Of a DNA stretch of 64,000 bases, positions 63,362 through 64,000 are shown piece by piece; position 1 is the stretch's first letter; every line of letters begins with the position of its first letter. Under the pieces are notes generated by a model. It had not been told where the DNA came from. It was given only the letters and a program-made list of their open reading frames with translations, and did no database searches. The stretch lies in NCBI GenBank assembly GCA_963737065.1, contig CAVTRC010000001.1:1856001-1920000 (forward strand), given 5' to 3'. The position numbers and the translations under genes are program-made. The stretch comes from Candidatus Eremiobacteria bacterium. Lineage in GTDB: Bacteria; Vulcanimicrobiota; Vulcanimicrobiia; Vulcanimicrobiales; Vulcanimicrobiaceae.

Positions 63362-64000
63362 CCCGTCGTTGGCGTAGTCGAGCTCTTCGAGTTCGAGCAA
63401 TCGCGCTTCCCATTCCGTAACGGCTTGCGCGCTGCGCGCCGTGACCGCTTCGCGTTCCGCCGCTAGTTCGTTCACGCGCGCGCGATTGTCGTAGAACGCG
63501 GGATCGGAGAAAAGCGCGTCGATTTCCGCCTTGCGCGCGTCGAGCTTTTCGATCTCGCGTTCGAGCCGTGCCACCTGCGTTTCGAGCTTCGAGCGCATCT
63601 TTAGCGGCGTCAGCGTCGAGGTTTTCTCGCGTTTCGGTAGAACGCGCGCCTCGATCTTCACCCGCTCGCGCTCGCGCGCTTGCGCTTCGTACGCTTCGTA
63701 TCCGCCGTCGAGGATGCCCCACGATCCGTCTTCGATCCACAGCACGCGATCGCACAGCGCGTTCAAGAAGTATCGGTCGTGCGAGACGGCGACGATCGTT
63801 CCCTCGTATTCCGCGAGGACCGATTCGAGCGCTTCGCGGCTTTCGACATCGAGATCGTTCGTCGGTTCGTCGAGAAGCAGAATATCGGCCGCGCGCGCCA
63901 TCAGACATGCGAGCATGATGCGCCGCCGCTCGCCGCCCGAGAACGCGTGGATCGGCTTATCCCCCTCATCGCCGCTGATGCGCATGCGCCCGAGCAATCC
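63360..64000 (-). CDS. ABC-F family ATPase, C-terminal part (5'-truncated; true stop uncertain)
   Basis: FSGGERRR, LLLDEPTNDLD, VSHDRYFL and a Uup-like C-terminal coiled coil. Confidence 0.88.

Overview
GC-rich bacterial chromosome segment. The mix of Terrabacteria-like housekeeping genes with a TonB-dependent receptor and hpnJ suggests Vulcanimicrobiota/Eremiobacterota (inference only). Layout: (1) 1-20.4 kb is mostly core genes: uvrB 3' end, GH38 mannosidase, HAD hydrolase, uvrA, VOC, ligA, nnr, acpS, archaemetzincin, an MCP plus a separate Cache sensor, S10 peptidase, birA, ndk, eno, tRNA-Ile2(CAT) and tRNA-Glu(TTC). (2) 20.4-31.5 kb is accessory DNA after the tRNAs: two IS3 remnants, DHFR-like, PDZ-TM-GAF protein, DUF72, dacB-like, DUF885, MFS and a stand-alone infA. 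(3) 31.5-48.4 kb is an IclR-associated inositol catabolic locus. (4) 48.6-64 kb holds hpnJ, dprA-like, solA-like, GNAT-AAA, ggt, FecR/DUF6600, MFS, a CVNH-like lectin, lldD-like, a cobalt nitrile-hydratase-family cluster and an ABC-F fragment. Many genes past ~45 kb carry frameshifts that look like assembly errors. Main finding: the inositol operon has iolD/G/B/E but no iolC, iolJ or iolA. In their place are a two-subunit transketolase and a LeuB-family decarboxylating dehydrogenase, with a Sad-type aldehyde dehydrogenase in the divergent arm. The chemistry and stereochemistry fit a kinase-free route: 2-deoxy-5-keto-D-gluconate -> C2 unit + D-malic semialdehyde -> D-malate -> pyruvate + CO2. 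This is a hypothesis; I do not know of it being described. Other notable items: a short repeat inserted inside uvrA, the VOC/ligA junction and ligA; a probable bipartite chemoreceptor; and a nitrile-hydratase-family enzyme with a split or shortened beta subunit.
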